Source of the DNA: Tubiluchus corallicola | Taxonomy: Eukaryota > Animalia > Priapulida | Assembly: GCA_030141605.1 (NCBI GenBank) | Contig: JAQGDQ010002153.1 | Coordinates: 1-12,660 of the forward strand | Length of the DNA stretch: 12,660 bases | Reading direction: 5' to 3' | Part shown: piece after piece, positions 10,694-12,660 of the stretch | How positions within the stretch are numbered: position 1 is the stretch's first letter | Layout of the letters: every line of letters begins with the position of its first letter | Translations under genes and position numbers: made by a program | Notes under the pieces: model-generated | What the model was told of the DNA's origin: nothing | The model's database searches: none | What the model saw: only the letters and a program-made list of their open reading frames with translations

Positions 10694-10922
10694 TATTCCA
10701 AGCTGTACACTTGTGTGTACAGTGTACACCGCCTGATAGCGAGCTGCTAATCATTTTTATATCAAATCTTCTTCGATACCCTATTGCAAAACTGCTCGCT
10801 GAGAAACAGGCGCAACCATCATAATTAATGAAACAATCACTCATTGTTTGATAATTTGTTGCATAGCAAATTAAAATTAATAAATGCGAATGATAACGAT
10901 GTTTAATAGTGTGTCATGTGAT

Positions 10923-10992
10923 TTCGTGGGGTTGCGATGTGGCGCAGGGTTCTGGAAAGGGGGTCACCGTCAACGAAAGGTTGGAACCAGTG
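10923..10992. mobile_element. Probable right end of an old hAT-like non-autonomous DNA transposon
   Basis: GGGGGTCACCG...AAAGGTTGGAACCAGTG resembles the reverse complement of the CAGTGGTTCCCAACCTTT-type terminus of hAT/Charlie-like MITEs. The subterminal TTCGTGGGGT(T/C)GCG also occurs at ~10278-10291. No intact left TIR found. Confidence 0.45.
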
Positions 10993-11408
10993 CTTTAAGC
11001 TGAACATTGCAACTAGTTTGATGTCTGATGACTTGGCCTGAAGAACATCACGTTCTGAGCCATGCTCACTTCGTGAAATGTTATTTGATTTGCACAGAAA
11101 CTGCCTAGAAAATTGCTATTCACACAGATACAGCACGACCCGAATCTGTTGACGATTTACTTATATATCAAATCTTTCTTTACCAGTTTAAAATGAAATG
11201 AAAACCAAAAAATTATTGCAAATTCATCCTCGAGTAGTAATACTTAAAAACCTACACCGCTTAATGACCATGAGTTGGATATAAATTATGCAAATCCCAT
11301 ACAAGTGTAAGTTGCAATCATCTTAATTCAACCTAATTTCTTTCCGAAACAAAACTCCCTTATTATTCCTGGTTGACAAATATATTTTTCTGTGCGTTTG
11401 GTTCGAGA

Positions 11409-11717
11409 TTTGAGACGAGTGAATATTTCTTGTTACACTGTTCAAATTACAACAATGATGTTTGACAAATTGATGCGAACATTGTCACATGTAAATATTG
11501 ACATTGTTAGACGGTATAACAATGCTAACCATTACTTGTTAAAATTACCGCTTGCTGTAGATGAACAGTTAAGTTATGAACTAAACTGTAAAATTTCTTA
11601 ACGTGTATAAAACCATATTACTAATACGAGATGTTTTTACCAAAAAATTATGGTAATAACTAATAAAGAATTTGAGCTAAATATAGATGTATAACGATAA
11701 AGTTGTACCACACGCTT

Positions 11718-11724
<7 letters not shown>
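11409..11724 (+). repeat. Left arm of a long inverted repeat (316 bp)
   Basis: Reverse complement of 12340-12653; by manual alignment 2 substitutions and 3 small indels (4 nt), including a perfect 125-bp stretch at 11514-11638. Confidence 0.98.
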
Positions 11725-11750
<26 letters not shown>

Positions 11751-12042
11751 TCTGGAGTCACACGTCATCTGACATGACTCGTGCAATCCAGCATGTCATG
11801 CTGTCCTGCCTGCTATTTTTCTGTATTTTTGATATCTAATGGCGTGTTCACAAGATCTTTTTGAATGAAGTCGATTTTAAGTCACCAGCTGTTCTTCTTG
11901 TGGTTTCTCTTCTTTCTGCAGTGCTTTTTTGAAAACTAACTTTAATGGACTGTCATCTGGTAGTCGTATAACATGTCCTATCCATCTTAATCTTCTCCTT
12001 TTGATTTTAGCTGTCCATTCCTCTGCCCCGACTTTATTACAC
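11719..12042 (-). mobile_element. 5'-truncated, degenerate RTE-clade-like LINE 3' end with (GAT)n tail
   Basis: The minus strand translates CNKVGAEEWTAKIKRRRLRWIGHVIRLPDDSPLKLVFKKALQ..., then a stop/frameshift to ..DFIQKDL... RRLRWxGHVxR is the typical C-terminal motif of RTE-type LINE ORFs. The fragment ends in about 10 GAT repeats (plus-strand CAT at 11720-11750). Confidence 0.85.
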
Positions 12043-12230
12043 CGATCTTAGATTTTTAGTTAATTAAAAAGTTGTGCGTCTTTTACATATGATAAATAGA
12101 CAATACTACTCACGTTAAACTTGAGTACTTTCTTAATATTTGTAAATATGTAAATAATGTATATTTTGTAATATTGTTACACATTTTGGTGTGTGTTTAA
12201 ATTAATTGAACTAAATGTATTTTTACACAG

Positions 12231-12338
12231 ATTTTGGCTATACCTGGATCGGTGGAACAGACCAACATCATGAAGGTGACTTTAGATGGATTTCAAATGG
12301 TCAACCTTGCCTATTTGCTGAGTGGGATGATATCGAAG
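12231..12338 (+). CDS. Gene B coding exon 3: WIG-containing middle part of the C-type lectin domain (3' boundary uncertain)
   Basis: Acceptor tatttttacacag|AT (phase 1; G+AT = Asp). Translation FGYTWIGGTDQHHEGDFRWISNGQPCLFAEWDDIE matches CTLD WIG..D...EG.F.W..G......W. Best donor AAG|GTGATG at 12338/12339; unspliced read-through gives GDEKRGTTLSLYIYI and a stop at 12383-12385. The supplied ORF 12234-12440 is in a different frame. Confidence 0.88.
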
Positions 12339-12339
12339 G

Positions 12340-12653
12340 TGATGAAAAGCGTGGTACAACTTTATCGTTATACATCTATATTTAGCTCAAATTCTTTATT
12401 AGTTATTACCATAATTTTTTGCAAAAACATCTCGTATTAGTAATATGGTTTTATACACGTTAAGAAATTTTACAGTTTAGTTCATAACTTAACTGTTCAT
12501 CTACAGCAAGCGGTAATTTTAACAAGTAATGGTTAGCATTGTTATACTGTCTAACAATGTCAATATTTACATGTGACAATGTTCGCATCAATTTTGTCAA
12601 ACATCATTGTTGTAATTTGAACAGTGTAACAAGAAATATTCACTCGTCTCAAA
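12340..12653 (-). repeat. Right arm of the long inverted repeat (314 bp)
   Basis: Reverse complement of 11409-11724; similarity breaks down about 7 nt before the window end. Confidence 0.98.
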
Positions 12654-12660
12654 CCTAAGT

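Noticed and set aside
11392-11601. 69-aa ORF in the left arm (and ORF 12234-12440)
   Set aside because: No ATG start or domain. The second overlaps the true lectin exon in a different frame.
11409-12653. Foldback or Pack-type transposon that captured an exon
   Set aside because: No target-site duplication is evident (left flank GTTCGAGA, right flank CCTAAGT, though only 7 nt are visible), and the enclosed exon is collinear and in phase with the upstream lectin exons.

Overview
AT-rich, repeat-dense animal genomic DNA. It looks invertebrate, but the taxon cannot be fixed from the sequence. Almost all ORFs in the supplied track are artefacts of simple repeats. Manual splicing reveals two divergently transcribed, intron-containing genes for secreted proteins. 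Gene A (minus strand; exons 2036-1879 and 729-516, continuing off the left edge) encodes a signal peptide plus a PAN/apple-like Cys module. Gene B (plus strand; exons 4819-4914, 9703-9877 and 12231-~12338, C-terminus not visible) encodes a signal peptide plus a C-type lectin domain (CTLD). Intron 1 of gene B holds a phase-perfect ~4 kb array of a 32-bp minisatellite (~126 copies), and intron 2 most likely uses a GC donor. The most striking structure is a ~98% identical 315-bp inverted repeat (11409-11724 / 12340-12653). It encloses an RTE-type LINE 3' fragment and the WIG exon of the lectin, and its right arm starts exactly where the sugar-binding EPN/QPD motif and the likely 5' splice site fall. 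The rest is microsatellites, a 51-bp VNTR and degenerate non-autonomous transposon-like elements built from GGTAAAAATGGCACA subrepeats. There is no CRISPR array or other prokaryotic feature.
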